NCBI GenBank assembly: GCA_963817895.1
Contig: CAWFQB010000003.1
Span: 1-64,000 of the forward strand
Source of the DNA: an uncultured Chthonomonadaceae bacterium
GTDB taxonomy: Bacteria; Armatimonadota; Chthonomonadetes; Chthonomonadales; Chthonomonadaceae
Direction of reading: 5' to 3'
Length of the DNA stretch: 64,000 nucleotides
The notes under the pieces were generated by a model. It was not told where the DNA came from. It did no database searches and saw only the letters and a list, made by a program, of their open reading frames with translations. Of this stretch, positions 1-10,099 are shown in pieces. Within the stretch, counting starts at the first letter, position 1. Each line of letters begins with the position of its first letter. Made by a program: the position numbers and the translations under genes.

Positions 1-42
1 ATGTTTTTTTTTCCTGTTCTTCAACTTACATTTCTCGTATTG

Positions 43-2078
43 CTATGTAACGACGATGCGCAGTTTGCCCGGTATGGCGGCGCAGCAGGGGAGCAGGGGC
101 GTTTCTCCCTGCGCGGCCATTCCCCACGGACCTTGTCCGTAGGGCGCAATGGCTAAGGCTTGTTTCCACGCGCCGTCTTCAAAGCCGATGTCGCGCCATA
201 CCGCTGTTTCCTGCCGCGCGGAACGCCATGACGCATCGGTAACAATCGTCTGTGTTGCGCCGTCGGCGAAATGCAGTTCCAGTTTGGCGATCAGTCCGGC
301 GGGGTTCTGCGCGACGGGCGCGGGCTGATTGGTTGCAAGCGCGGCAAGGACGTTCGCGCCCGGTTTCAGCCATGCTTTCAGATTGGTAAACTCCCGTCCC
401 ACTTTCCAGTTGGCTTTTGAACCGAGTTCCTGCCCGTTCAGCCACACGGTAAACAGGTCGTCGGCGGAGATTTTCAGGCGGGCGCCGGTCAGTGTTTTAC
501 CGGGCGGCAGAGTAAATTCGCGGCGGAAGTAACGGCTTTCGGTTGGGGCGTCAACGCGCGGGGTTGCCTTCGGGAAACCATATCCACCGGCTGCCCTCCA
601 GCGTCAGGGGCGTTGGCGCATCCGTTGTCACCCATTCGGGATGGGGCGCGCACTGTTCCCAATGGTAATTCAGCAGCAGTTTACGCGCCATCCCCACCTG
701 TTCGGAACCCGGCAGACGCATGGCCTGCTGCCACGAAAGGTTGGTGTAGCCGCCGAACGTGACGGAGGGTTCCCCTGCCCGGTTTACCTGCCAGATGCCA
801 TTCCCGCCGTACGTGTAGCCTGCGCAGCCGTTGAGCAGGCAGTTCCAGACGAACAATCGCTGTATGGTCGCGTTGTTGTAATCAAGCGACAGCAGCGCCT
901 CGTAATTCACTTCGCCTTCGACAATCGGCAGGGTGGGAGTGGCTTTGTAGGAGGCGCGAATGGTGTTAAGCGTGGGCGCGAGATCGCTGAGGCCGCCGTG
1001 TCCCGTTTGCAGCATGTCGTAATCCAGACGCGCTCGGGTCCAGCGTTGCGCCCCGCGCGCTCAATTTGCCCAATCCGGTCGGATGTACCGTCAAAACGCG
1101 CCGGAAAGGATCAATTTGGCGGGCGTAGCGGCAAATGTCCGTCCACTCGCGAACCTGATTTCTATCATTGTAGGGGAAACCCGGCAGTTTATAATAGGGC
1201 AGATTCACTTCGCCCGCCATGCACCAGATCACGGGAAGAGCGCCGTAGCGGGCGATCAGATACCGCCAGTGCTGTTCTAATTTTTGCGTCCCCATAAACG
1301 GCTGAAAGTAGCCCCACGCGCCCACGATGCAGGGCGTGATTCCGTTTTCGACAAGGAGTTGCAGCCGTTTATCCGCTTCCTGAAAGTATTCGGGGCGGAT
1401 ACGCTTGTAGCCGGGTTCCCAGGGCAGGCCCGCCTCGTTCGCGCCGCGCGGGTCGAGCGGTGGCATTTCCGGGTACAGTCCCGCCACAATCTGAACCACG
1501 TTGAAGCCTTTGGCCTTGCGGTCCGCAAGGAGGGTTTGAAACTCGTCCGGCCAGCTTCAGGCGGCTGCTCAGGCCCATCCACCATGTATCGCCAAGCCAC
1601 AAAAATGGCGTCCCGTCCGCGTGTTCAAAGTAGCGCTTATTGGAGGAAACCCGAACCGGGCCGTGCTGATACAACGGATTTTTGCCCCGGTACGGCGTGA
1701 CCATAATTTGGCGCTCTGGTGCTGTAAATCGGGGTTTGTGGTGTCGCTGCATTCCGTCGGAAAAGAGTACGCGCCCGCTTTACCTGCCGCAAAGCGGACG
1801 CGCCACGTTTGCCCGCCATCCCAGAATGCGGGAACGCGCTGCTGTGTGCCGTCCGGGGCCGTGAATGTGGCGTCCAGCGTAACCTCGTTAAACGGGTCGG
1901 CATACGCTTTGCGGGACATGAACGTCCACTCCGCAACGGTATTGGCGGCAACTTTGCGCGGCGTATCTTCGGCCATCACACTCCGGCCTGTGAGCAATAG
2001 CCACAACCCGGCAGTTAAGGCGCGCCAGAGCAGGCGATTTATCGGCGTTCTCCCTGTGGCCCTCAACCGGGCGTCCAC
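43..2078 (-). CDS. Secreted DUF5060/DUF4038 (apiosidase/GH140-like) glycoside hydrolase with a C-terminal galactose-binding-like domain; split over about 5 frames
   Basis: Consecutive fragments: signal-like segment, YADPFNEVTLDATF..PAFWDGG (DUF5060), HADGTPFLWLGDTWW, WRYLIARYGALPVIWCMAGE, QTGHG..EGEVNYE..GYTYGGNGIWQ, then WIWFPEGNP..NPAGLIAKLEL. The 3' end is uncertain. Confidence 0.7.
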
Positions 2079-2126
2079 TTGTGGACATGACCCCTTCTCC
2101 CAAGTTTGGGAGAAGGGGAACCTATA

Positions 2127-2702
2127 TTAATGCGGGCTGTTCAGCAGTTTCTCTATTTGCGCCTTCACTTCCTCTAAATCGCCGTCAATGCGCGTAACAA
2201 ATTTTCCCTGTTGGTCAACCAACACGCAGGAAGGAATACTGCCCCCGCCGAATTGATTGAAAACCGTCTGATCTTCGTCCGACAGCAGCGGGTATGTCAC
2301 CTTATGCTTGTCGCGAAAGGCTTTCAATTTAATGGCGGGATCGGTCAGATTGGGGTCGGCGTCCCGTTCGGAAACGGCGAGGGCAAGCACCTGTACGCCT
2401 TTGTTCTTGTACGCCTGCCAGATTTCCTGTTCCAGATGCGGAGCCTCCGCATTGCAGCTTCCTCACCAGGAGGCGTAAAACACGAGGGGAACGATCTTGC
2501 CCCTGTAGTCCGAAAGGCGTGCGGTTTTGCCGTTCTCATCCTTGAGCGCGAAATCCTCCACCGCTTTTCCGGTCATGGAAGTCAGCGTTCCGTTCATCGG
2601 CTCACCCGTCGCGGCGGGTTTCATACTCTGCTGAAACGAGAACACGACCCATCCGATTGCCAGTACCAGCATCGCCGTCAGCAATCCCACTCGTTTACTC
2701 AT
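2127..2702 (-). CDS. Membrane-anchored TlpA/AhpC-TSA family redoxin, probable selenoprotein (UGA at 2463-2465 read as Sec, WUGSC)
   Basis: ORFs 2463..2702 and 2127..2390 share a frame and are separated by one TGA: DFALKDENGKTARLSDYRGKIVPLVFYASW*GSCNAEAPHL...YPLLSD...IPSCVLVDQQGK. N-terminal TM segment present. Confidence 0.85.
2436..2452 (-). promoter_or_regulatory. Candidate bacterial SECIS hairpin
   Basis: AUGCGGA-GGC-UCCGCAU stem-loop starts 11 nt after the in-frame UGA and has G in the apical loop. Confidence 0.6.
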
Positions 2703-2916
2703 GGTTTCTTCTTTCTTTACAGTTGCGTCTACTCAATTTTTCCACACGGACGCAACGAAATAATTTCTTTGCTATGGGGCGTTCCGCCCAATGTCCGCCT
2801 GCGCGGACATAATCCTCTTTTAGGTCACGTTAATTGAGGGTTATGCGTGTGTCCGCATTTATTCGCGTCCATTCGCGTTGATTTGCGGCTAACTCTTTTT
2901 TGATTGGAGCGATAAG

Positions 2917-4059
2917 ATGCGTTCATTCAGTATTGACGTTGGCGGTTTACCACTGGTTCCCCCGGTGGGTTTGCAAAGCCGGAGTATCAGCCGGGAAAAT
3001 ACGAGCGGCGCAAAGGGCGCGGGCGGGCAGGCGGGAAACGGGCGCAAGGGAGCGCCGAGTATGGGGCCATTGCGGGCAGGCGAAACCGTTACGCTTGCCG
3101 ACATAGAGGGTCTGGGCTGCATCCGGCATCTCTGGCTGACCACGCCGCCGGGAAATCCGCTGCACGACCGCAATTTAATATTGCGCTGTTACTGGGACGG
3201 GCAAATTCAGCCGAGCGTGGAGTGTCCACTGGGCGACTTTTTCGGGATGGCGCACGGACGGCGGCGGCATTTCGCCAGCTCCCTGACTTCCATGCCCGAA
3301 GGCCGGGGTTTGAGCGCGTATTACGCCATGCCGTTCCGCCAACACACCCGCATCACGATTGAAAACGACGCGGGCGAAGATGTTCCCCTGCTGTTTTACC
3401 AGATTGATTATACGATTGGCGACCTGCTGAACGAGGATTGCGGCTATTTTCACTGTCAGTTTCGGCGCGAAAACCCGACGACGTTACGGCAGGATTATGT
3501 TGTACTGGACGGCGTTGCGGGACGCGGGCGGTTTTTGGGCTGCGTGATCGGAATCAGGACATTAGACGCGCACTGGTGGGGCGAGGGCGAATTCAAGTTC
3601 TATCTGGACGGCGATACGGATTATCCGACGATTTGCGGCACGGGAAGCGAGGATTACGCGGGTTCCGCATGGGGTTTGGGCGTTCACCACACGCCCTATC
3701 ACGGCTGCCCACTCTACCTGCACGAACACGAAAACGGCCCCAATCGTGACCTGAACGCCCTTGTGAGTTTCTACCGCTGGCACATTCTCGACCCCATTTA
3801 CTTTCACGAGAACCTCCGCGTGGCGGCCCAGCAAATGGGCGGCGCGTTTGTGGATCATGTTCGCGAACGGATCGAACGCGGCGACATGGTTCTGCCCACG
3901 CCCCTCCAACCCGATCAGGCGTTCACGCTGTTCGAGCGTCAGGATGACATGAGCAGCGCAGCCTTCTGGTATCAAACCCTGCCCACGCAGCCGTTCCCTG
4001 TTTTCCCTGACCGCGCTCTGCGTTCTCTCAGCCTCGAACCCCGCTTGGAGGAACAGTAA
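2917..4059 (+). CDS. DUF2961 / glycoside hydrolase family 172 protein
   Basis: SRSISREN.SGAKG, LADIEG.G.IRHLWLT, PSVECPLGDFF, WWGEGEFKFYLDGD, ICGTGSEDY, YRWHILDPIYF, SSAAFWYQ. Confidence 0.9.
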   Translation: MRSFSIDVGGLPLVPPVGLQSRSISRENTSGAKGAGGQAGNGRKGAPSMGPLRAGETVTLADIEGLGCIRHLWLTTPPGNPLHDRNLILRCYWDGQIQPSVECPLGDFFGMAHGRRRHFASSLTSMPEGRGLSAYYAMPFRQHTRITIENDAGEDVPLLFYQIDYTIGDLLNEDCGYFHCQFRRENPTTLRQDYVVLDGVAGRGRFLGCVIGIRTLDAHWWGEGEFKFYLDGDTDYPTICGTGSEDYAGSAWGLGVHHTPYHGCPLYLHEHENGPNRDLNALVSFYRWHILDPIYFHENLRVAAQQMGGAFVDHVRERIERGDMVLPTPLQPDQAFTLFERQDDMSSAAFWYQTLPTQPFPVFPDRALRSLSLEPRLEEQ

Positions 4060-4382
4060 AGTTGAATAGCAAGCATCCTCTTGCCTGCCTGCTAATCCGC
4101 CTGCATAAGCTACAATGAGAGAGGTTTTTGTTGACATTCCTTCAGAAGAGTTGTATGAGCGGCAGCAACTTTTCGCTCGGGTTGAAGCGTCGGCGACGGA
4201 AAAAGCAGCGGCAATTTGGCTGTTATCAGGCAATTCACCCAACGCTGATGCAAGCAGATGAGCAAAACGTATATACCACAGGCCTTGAGAATAGAAGCCG
4301 AAACCTATTTTCAGGATCAACAAGTTACGAGCGCAATTGCATAGTTTATGTACAACGTGGTTGAAGCGAAGGAAACAAAAGG

Positions 4383-5032
4383 ATGAACCTTTCAGCGCAG
4401 GAAGCAGTACAAAATTTAGTTAACGCGCTTGCGGAAGCCCGCGCTGTTTACGAGACGCAACGACAGAACGCCGAAGATGCCCGCCAAAACGCAGAGGGAA
4501 CCGAGGAGTCATTCCTTTCGCTTCTCAAAGCGCAGCAGTCCGACACAACAAGCGCAGAGGCGCAGCAACGCCAGCGTGAAATCGTGGAGCAAATGCGCAG
4601 CCGCAGGCTGTCCCAATTCGGAATAGAACACCTCGCGGATATGTCGGAGCGGAATTTACGATGGCAAACAGCCTGTGCGACAGCCAGATTGCGCTCATGC
4701 GCTTGTACGTTTATCCTGAAGCGCAAGCAGGCGCGGAACGCATCGCGGAATTGCTGCGAACCCTGCGCCTGCTTCAGGTTGAACATGTGCCGCGCACTCT
4801 TCCGCCTGCGCCGTCCCTGCCCACTATCAATGCGGAAACCGCTTCCGCAGAAGAGCGTCAGCAGCAAAAAATTGGAATGTCGCTTGACTTTATGCAGGGC
4901 ATGAGCGGCTACCGGGAGCAGGTGAAACAGTCGTATCAGGAAAAGAGAAACCGTACCGAAACGCTGTTGAAGCAGGCGTATGAAGAAGCCGAGGCATTGG
5001 CGCGGGTTATCAGAAATTTAAAGTCCCTGTAG
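4383..5032 (+). CDS. Hypothetical helical/coiled-coil protein, frameshifted near 4660-4680
   Basis: AAGGA RBS before ATG 4383. Two overlapping A/E/Q/R-rich ORFs (4383.. and ..5032) join into one plausible protein. Confidence 0.5.
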
Positions 5033-5040
5033 GGACAAAA

Positions 5041-5168
5041 CAAGCGTCTTGCGGACGCGGGAATCTTCTATTAAGAACTTCCGCGTCCGCAAGACGCTTG
5101 CGCTTTCCTGCCGGGGATTTTCAATCCCCGGCACCCTATCTCACAGCAAGCGTTTTCAATCCCCGGCG
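5041..5168. repeat. 20-bp perfect inverted repeat plus REP-like GCCGGGGATT/AATCCCCGGC palindromes
   Basis: caagcgtcttgcggacgcgg (5041-5060) pairs with ccgcgtccgcaagacgcttg (5081-5100); gccggggattttcaatccccggc at 5110-5132 and a half copy at about 5153-5168. Confidence 0.75.
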
Positions 5169-5283
5169 CGTAAACCCGCTTCATTCAACAAAAGAGGAAA
5201 ACGGCTGCGCGAAAATGAATACAATTCTACTGCAAACGCTGATTCGATGATGTCTCTGTACTCTGATACGATAAGGAAATTCA

Positions 5284-7374
5284 ATGCTGAACACGATGAA
5301 CACACCTGCGACGCGCACCCGTTTCAAACCCCTGACTCGCCTGTTGCGGCTTTCACTGCTGGCGGGAACCGCGCCCCTGCTTGCCGGACTTGCCGGAACC
5401 GCTACGCTTGCGCTGACTCTGGCCGCGCCCGCTCCGGTCAGTGCCGCGCCCGTCAATCTGCCCTTTCTCAGTCCGCTGTTCAGCGACAACATGGTGCTGC
5501 AGCGCGACCGGCCTATCATGGTATGGGGTTGGGCGACAACAGGGCAGGCCGTGACCGCGCAAATGGGCGACCATCAGGCGACGGTGAAAGCCGACAACAG
5601 CGGCAAATGGACAATCAAACTGCCCGCTCTGCCCGCCGGTGGCCCGCATACGCTGACCATTCGCGGCCCGCAAACCGTCACGCTCAAAAACATTCTCATG
5701 GGGGATGTATGGGTGTGTTCCGGGCAGTCCAATATGGAGATGGGCATCGGCAATGTCAACAACGCCGCGCAGGAGATCGCCAACGCCAACTATCCGCAAA
5801 TCCGATTGTTCACGGTGAAGAAGGATGTGGCGATGGAACCCCGCGCCACGCCGACCGGCACATGGGACGTGTGTACACCCCAAACCGTTGCTGCCGGAGG
5901 CTGGAACGGCTTTTCGGCTGTGGGCTATTTCTTCGGGCGCGAACTGTACAACAATCTTAAGGTTCCCATCGGCCTGATCCACACCTCGTGGGGCGGAACC
6001 CCGGCGGAAGCGTGGACAAGCGCGGAAGCGCTGGAACAAAAAGTGCCGGCCTACACCCCCGCTGTGGAGCAGATGGCGGAAGCGCGGACGCGCATGGCGC
6101 GGGGTGAGCGTCCCTATTCGGCCATGATGACGGACTGGTATATCGCCAACGATCCCGGTACGGCGCAGGTCTGGAACAGCATGAACTTCAGCGACGCGAA
6201 CTGGCCGACGATGAACCTGCCGGGGGCGTGGGAGCAATCCGGCGTTCCCGAACTGGCGGCCTTCGATGGCGTGGTCTGGTACCGCCGAACGATTGAACTG
6301 GCCGAGGGCGAGGAGGGGCGGCAGTGCGTTCTGCATCTGGGAACCGTTGACGACCGCGATACCACCTGGGTCAACGGCAGGCTGGTGGGCGCGAAGGAAT
6401 TGTATACGGACGACCGCGCGTATGCCCTGCCGCTCGGCGCGCTGCGAACGGGCAAAAATGAGATCGTTGTCCGCGTTCTGGATACGAGCGGCGCGGGCGG
6501 ATTTACCGGCACACCCGACCAGATGTACCTGGAAGTAACGGACGGGCGCAAAATCCCGCTCAACGGCGCGTGGAAATACAAAATCGGCGTCGCGCTCAAT
6601 CAGGCCAAACCGCTGCCGGTTCTTGTGAACAGCAACCCGAACTATCCCACGGTGCTGTACAACGGCATGATCGCGCCCCTGCTTGGCTACGGCATCAAGG
6701 GAGCCATCTGGTATCAGGGCGAGTCCAACGCGGGCAAGGCGTACCAGTACCGAACCCTGCTGCCGACGATGATTACGGATTGGCGGTCGCGCTGGAAGGA
6801 GGGCGATTTCCCCTTTTATATCGTGCAGCTCGCCAATTATCAGCAGCCCAACCCCAACCCCGTTGAAGATGCCTGGGCGGAACTGCGCGAAGCGCAATCA
6901 ATGACCGCGCAGCATCTGCCGAATACGGGTATCGCCGTAACAACGGACATCGGCGACGCGGGCGACATCCATCCCAAAAACAAGCAGGACGTGGGCAAAC
7001 GCCTCGCCCTCGCCGCCCTCGCGAAAACCTACGGCGAAAAGATCGAATATTCCGGCCCGGAATACAAGGCGATGAGGGTGGAGGGCAACAAAATACGCCT
7101 GACCTTCGCGCATGTCGGCGGTGGCCTGACGACGCATAATGACGAACCTCTGAAAGGCTTTGCCATTGCGGGCGAGGATCACAAATTCGCGTGGGCGGAC
7201 GCCAAAATCGAAGGCGACAGCATCATCGTATCCTCGCCGCAGGTTGCCAATCCCGTCGCCGTCCGCTACGCCTGGCACATCAACCCGGTCGCCAACCTCT
7301 ACAACAAAGCCGGCCTGCCCGCGTCCCCCTTCCGCACGGATACCTGGCCGGGGGTGACGGTCAATAATAAGTAG
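5284..7374 (+). CDS. Sialate O-acetylesterase (SASA) family protein with inserted jelly-roll domain
   Basis: FSDNMVLQRD, GDVWVCSGQSNMEM, PIGLIHTSWGGT, GAIWYQGESNA, FYIVQLAN, DIHPKNK, PVAVRYAW, GLPASPFRTD; signal peptide. Confidence 0.93.
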   Translation: MLNTMNTPATRTRFKPLTRLLRLSLLAGTAPLLAGLAGTATLALTLAAPAPVSAAPVNLPFLSPLFSDNMVLQRDRPIMVWGWATTGQAVTAQMGDHQATVKADNSGKWTIKLPALPAGGPHTLTIRGPQTVTLKNILMGDVWVCSGQSNMEMGIGNVNNAAQEIANANYPQIRLFTVKKDVAMEPRATPTGTWDVCTPQTVAAGGWNGFSAVGYFFGRELYNNLKVPIGLIHTSWGGTPAEAWTSAEALEQKVPAYTPAVEQMAEARTRMARGERPYSAMMTDWYIANDPGTAQVWNSMNFSDANWPTMNLPGAWEQSGVPELAAFDGVVWYRRTIELAEGEEGRQCVLHLGTVDDRDTTWVNGRLVGAKELYTDDRAYALPLGALRTGKNEIVVRVLDTSGAGGFTGTPDQMYLEVTDGRKIPLNGAWKYKIGVALNQAKPLPVLVNSNPNYPTVLYNGMIAPLLGYGIKGAIWYQGESNAGKAYQYRTLLPTMITDWRSRWKEGDFPFYIVQLANYQQPNPNPVEDAWAELREAQSMTAQHLPNTGIAVTTDIGDAGDIHPKNKQDVGKRLALAALAKTYGEKIEYSGPEYKAMRVEGNKIRLTFAHVGGGLTTHNDEPLKGFAIAGEDHKFAWADAKIEGDSIIVSSPQVANPVAVRYAWHINPVANLYNKAGLPASPFRTDTWPGVTVNNK

Positions 7375-7496
7375 GCAGATGAGTAGATGGGTAGGTGGGT
7401 AGAGGAGTAGGAAAAGACACTACCCGTCTACCCATCCTGAAAATAGCTTTCAATATAGAAGCCGGATCAGGAAAACAGGCGCTTTCCTGATTGTGA

Positions 7497-7531
7497 AAAC
7501 AGCCTTCCGCTTTAGGGGCGGAAGGCTGTTT
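7497..7531. terminator. Bidirectional intrinsic terminator-like hairpin
   Basis: aaacagccttccgc / gcggaaggctgttt between convergent genes. Confidence 0.7.
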
Positions 7532-7557
7532 CGCGTCGCGCTGTATCCGAAAGGGAA

Positions 7558-8340
7558 TCACGGCTTTGTTTCCGGGGAGGGTACACTCGCCGGCTTGACG
7601 GCTGCGGCGGGATTGGCGGGAACAGGAGCGGGCGGAGCGACGTTGAGAGCGGGCGCGTTTGCGGGCGCGGGCGTGGCGGGCTGTACATGCGCCAGAAGTT
7701 TGATGCGGTCAAAGTCGAAGCCGAGCGGATCGGACTTGCGCCCGGGAGGAATGGCGATCTGCGCATGGGACACGATGTGGTCATCGGGGATGAGATAGCG
7801 CGACCGCGCGAACCGGATGATGCCCGCCACCGCCTGAATCTGCGGCTCCGTATACGGGTCTTTGCCGTCGTTGAGGTTGACCATTTCGATGCCGATGCTG
7901 ACGTTGTTGAGGTCTTTCACGCCGTCCCAGGTGGATACGCCCGCGTGCCAGGCGCGTTTTTCGAGGGGAACCATCTGCACCACGCGCCCATCCTTGCCCA
8001 CCACAAAATGCGCGGACACCTGACGGGCGGGATTGAGGAAAATGCCGATAGTGCCTTCGGTCGTCGGCTCTACGGTAGAATGAAGCACCATGAAGTTGAC
8101 GGGCGTATTGGCCGGACGCTCGCCAAAATTGGGCGAAGCGATGAATTCGTAGGCCAGCGGCATGGGCGGCGGGCCGATCTGCGATTGGGCATGCGCTCCC
8201 CGCCACACCGCGCTGCCTGTTGCGGCAAGCGCCAGCAGCCCCGCTATCCCTTTTCGCATCCGGCGCGCGCGCCCCTGTCGCTCTCGTTTGCCTGTCCCTG
8301 ATATGCCGTCGTCCTCACTGCGTATTGCTGCTGTTCCCAT
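7558..8340 (-). CDS. N-acetylmuramoyl-L-alanine amidase (Amidase_2/AmpD-like) with Pro/Ala tail; start may be about 8259
   Basis: SPNFGER, MVLHST, VSAHFVV, RAWHAG, NNVSIGIEMVN, IVSHAQIA..RKSDP. Confidence 0.9.
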   Translation of the reverse strand: MGTAAIRSEDDGISGTGKRERQGRARRMRKGIAGLLALAATGSAVWRGAHAQSQIGPPPMPLAYEFIASPNFGERPANTPVNFMVLHSTVEPTTEGTIGIFLNPARQVSAHFVVGKDGRVVQMVPLEKRAWHAGVSTWDGVKDLNNVSIGIEMVNLNDGKDPYTEPQIQAVAGIIRFARSRYLIPDDHIVSHAQIAIPPGRKSDPLGFDFDRIKLLAHVQPATPAPANAPALNVAPPAPVPANPAAAVKPASVPSPETKP

Positions 8341-8588
8341 GGCCGCTTCGCTCCTGCCTGCTTGAATGTTCGCGTATTGATATATTTTGGTGAATCCTGA
8401 TTCGCCGCTTATTTCCCCTTCTTGCTTACGGTTTCCTTCTTTTCAGCGACTGTTGCAGACAATGCGCGTCCCAAAGGCGAAAAGGAGGCGTATAACTCTG
8501 ATTCCCGTGAAATATTGCCCGGAAGCCCTCAGTTTTGCAGGAGTATAAGCGGAAATACCATTTTCTTGTGTCAGGAGGAAAATTAGCC

Positions 8589-8618
8589 TTGACAAATCCC
8601 TAAAATTAGGGATAATAT
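8589..8618 (+). promoter_or_regulatory. Sigma70-type promoter with palindromic operator in the spacer
   Basis: TTGACA (8589-8594) followed by GATAAT/TAATAT; ATCCCTAA-AA-TTAGGGAT at 8596-8613. Confidence 0.65.
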
Positions 8619-8778
8619 ATTTAATCCTTTGAGCTATCTAATGTCAGTAGAGGTTGTCAGAGGTTTGTTTCTTCTTCACATCGGCGTGGATACCTCTCGG
8701 TTTCATGGCAGAAGCCAGCCCCCTTTCACAAAGAGAGCGGGCATTGTCACTTATTCTTATTTTCCACAGGAGAGTCTT

Positions 8779-9633
8779 ATGGAGCATGTTACTCCCTCTA
8801 CGCGACGCGGTTTCACCCTGATTGAACTGCTCGTCGTCATTGCAATTATCGCCATTCTCGCCGCGATTCTGTTCCCCGTTTTCGCGCAGGCGCGGGCAAA
8901 AGCGCGTCAGGCAACCTGCGTCAGCAATCAGAAGCAGCTGAACCTGGGCGCCCTTCAGTATGTGCAGGACTATGACGAGACGCTGCCCCTGTGTGAATAC
9001 CTGGCTCCGGGCGGCACCACATGGTCCGGCGCCAGTGTCACCACACCCTCCAGCGTCTTTGGCAGCACCCCCACGCGGGACTGCTACTGGTCCAACTCCA
9101 TCAACCCGTACCTGAAGAACTACCAGATATATCGCTGCCCGTCTGCGGCCAAGTCGCGCGACGACGTGTTCGGCGTCACCCTGGCTCAGGCTCAGGGCTA
9201 CGGCTACTCGCTGACCTACAATGGCTACCTGAACCAGTGGAACATAGCCGGTTCCCCGTCCCCGGCCATGGTTATTACCTTCTCGGAAGGTTTGGGCGCG
9301 GCCTTCATGCCCCGCTATGCCAACCAGTTCCCGCTGAACATTAACAATGGCGGCCAATGGGAAGGCCTGTTCATTGCGGATGATGGCGGCCCCCACTGTT
9401 CCCAGCCCTACGGCTACTCGTTCAACTATGATACGACGTGGTGGGTGCATAGCAATCGCGGCTCCAACTACAGCTATATGGATGGGCATACCAAATATCT
9501 GGTGAACCCGTCCGCCAACTCGCCCTGGGCCACCACGACCGCTGACGGCGTTCCCGGATCCCTGTGGACCAGCACATCGGCCAGCGCTCACGGCTGCAAC
9601 TGGTTCTACTACTACGGCCCAACCATTCAATAA
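8779..9633 (+). CDS. Prepilin-type N-terminal cleavage/methylation, DUF1559-like protein with H-x-DG C-terminal motif
   Basis: [62 protein letters not shown] before ATG 8779. Confidence 0.92.
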   Translation: MEHVTPSTRRGFTLIELLVVIAIIAILAAILFPVFAQARAKARQATCVSNQKQLNLGALQYVQDYDETLPLCEYLAPGGTTWSGASVTTPSSVFGSTPTRDCYWSNSINPYLKNYQIYRCPSAAKSRDDVFGVTLAQAQGYGYSLTYNGYLNQWNIAGSPSPAMVITFSEGLGAAFMPRYANQFPLNINNGGQWEGLFIADDGGPHCSQPYGYSFNYDTTWWVHSNRGSNYSYMDGHTKYLVNPSANSPWATTTADGVPGSLWTSTSASAHGCNWFYYYGPTIQ

Positions 9634-9642
9634 GGAGTTCTC

Positions 9643-9846
9643 ATGCGCTTACGTAACTCTGTTCTGGCGTTGTCAGGTGTGTTGATCGTGGGGGCGCTTG
9701 CCGGCTGCGGCAGCAAACCCGAAACCGGCGATGTGAAGTCGGAGGGTACCGCCAACCCGAACACCAGCACTGCCAAACCCGCTGCCACGGGCGCGTCCGG
9801 CGGGGGGGCGGCAAGCACCCAGAGCGTCAAACCCAAAGCCGATTAG
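9643..9846 (+). CDS. Small low-complexity lipoprotein
   Basis: AAGGAG RBS; signal peptide with LAGC lipobox; 9 nt downstream of the prepilin gene. Confidence 0.75.
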   Translation: MRLRNSVLALSGVLIVGALAGCGSKPETGDVKSEGTANPNTSTAKPAATGASGGGAASTQSVKPKAD

Positions 9847-9900
9847 TTCCTCAGTCCTGACGCGCCACGCATGTGTGAACCAAAACATACTTTCGGCAAA

Positions 9901-9950
9901 GCAAAGCCCGCGTTCCACCGGAGGGAGGAACGCGGGCTTTGCTTTTATTT
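9901..9950 (+). terminator. Intrinsic terminator
   Basis: gcaaagcccgcgttcc / ggaacgcgggctttgc followed by ttttattt. Confidence 0.75.
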
Positions 9951-10099
9951 TCACTACCTTCAGGCCCTCACCCCGGGCGTCCACCCGCAGGGAAGGACAC
10001 CCCTCTCCCACAAAACGTATTTCAAAGCGAAGCAGAAATACGCAACTTGGGGGAGGGGCTATTCTAAAATTATGAGAAGGGGCTAAATAGTTACAATTT

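Noticed and set aside
4115..4364. Possible short frameshifted ORF starting MREVFVDIPSEELYERQQ
   Set aside because: No clear RBS or recognisable motif; cannot be supported without a search.
5353..6897. Long antisense ORFs (also 50126..51616, 24704..25618, 29343..30308, 57255..58196)
   Set aside because: They shadow well-supported genes in GC-rich DNA and carry no recognisable motifs.
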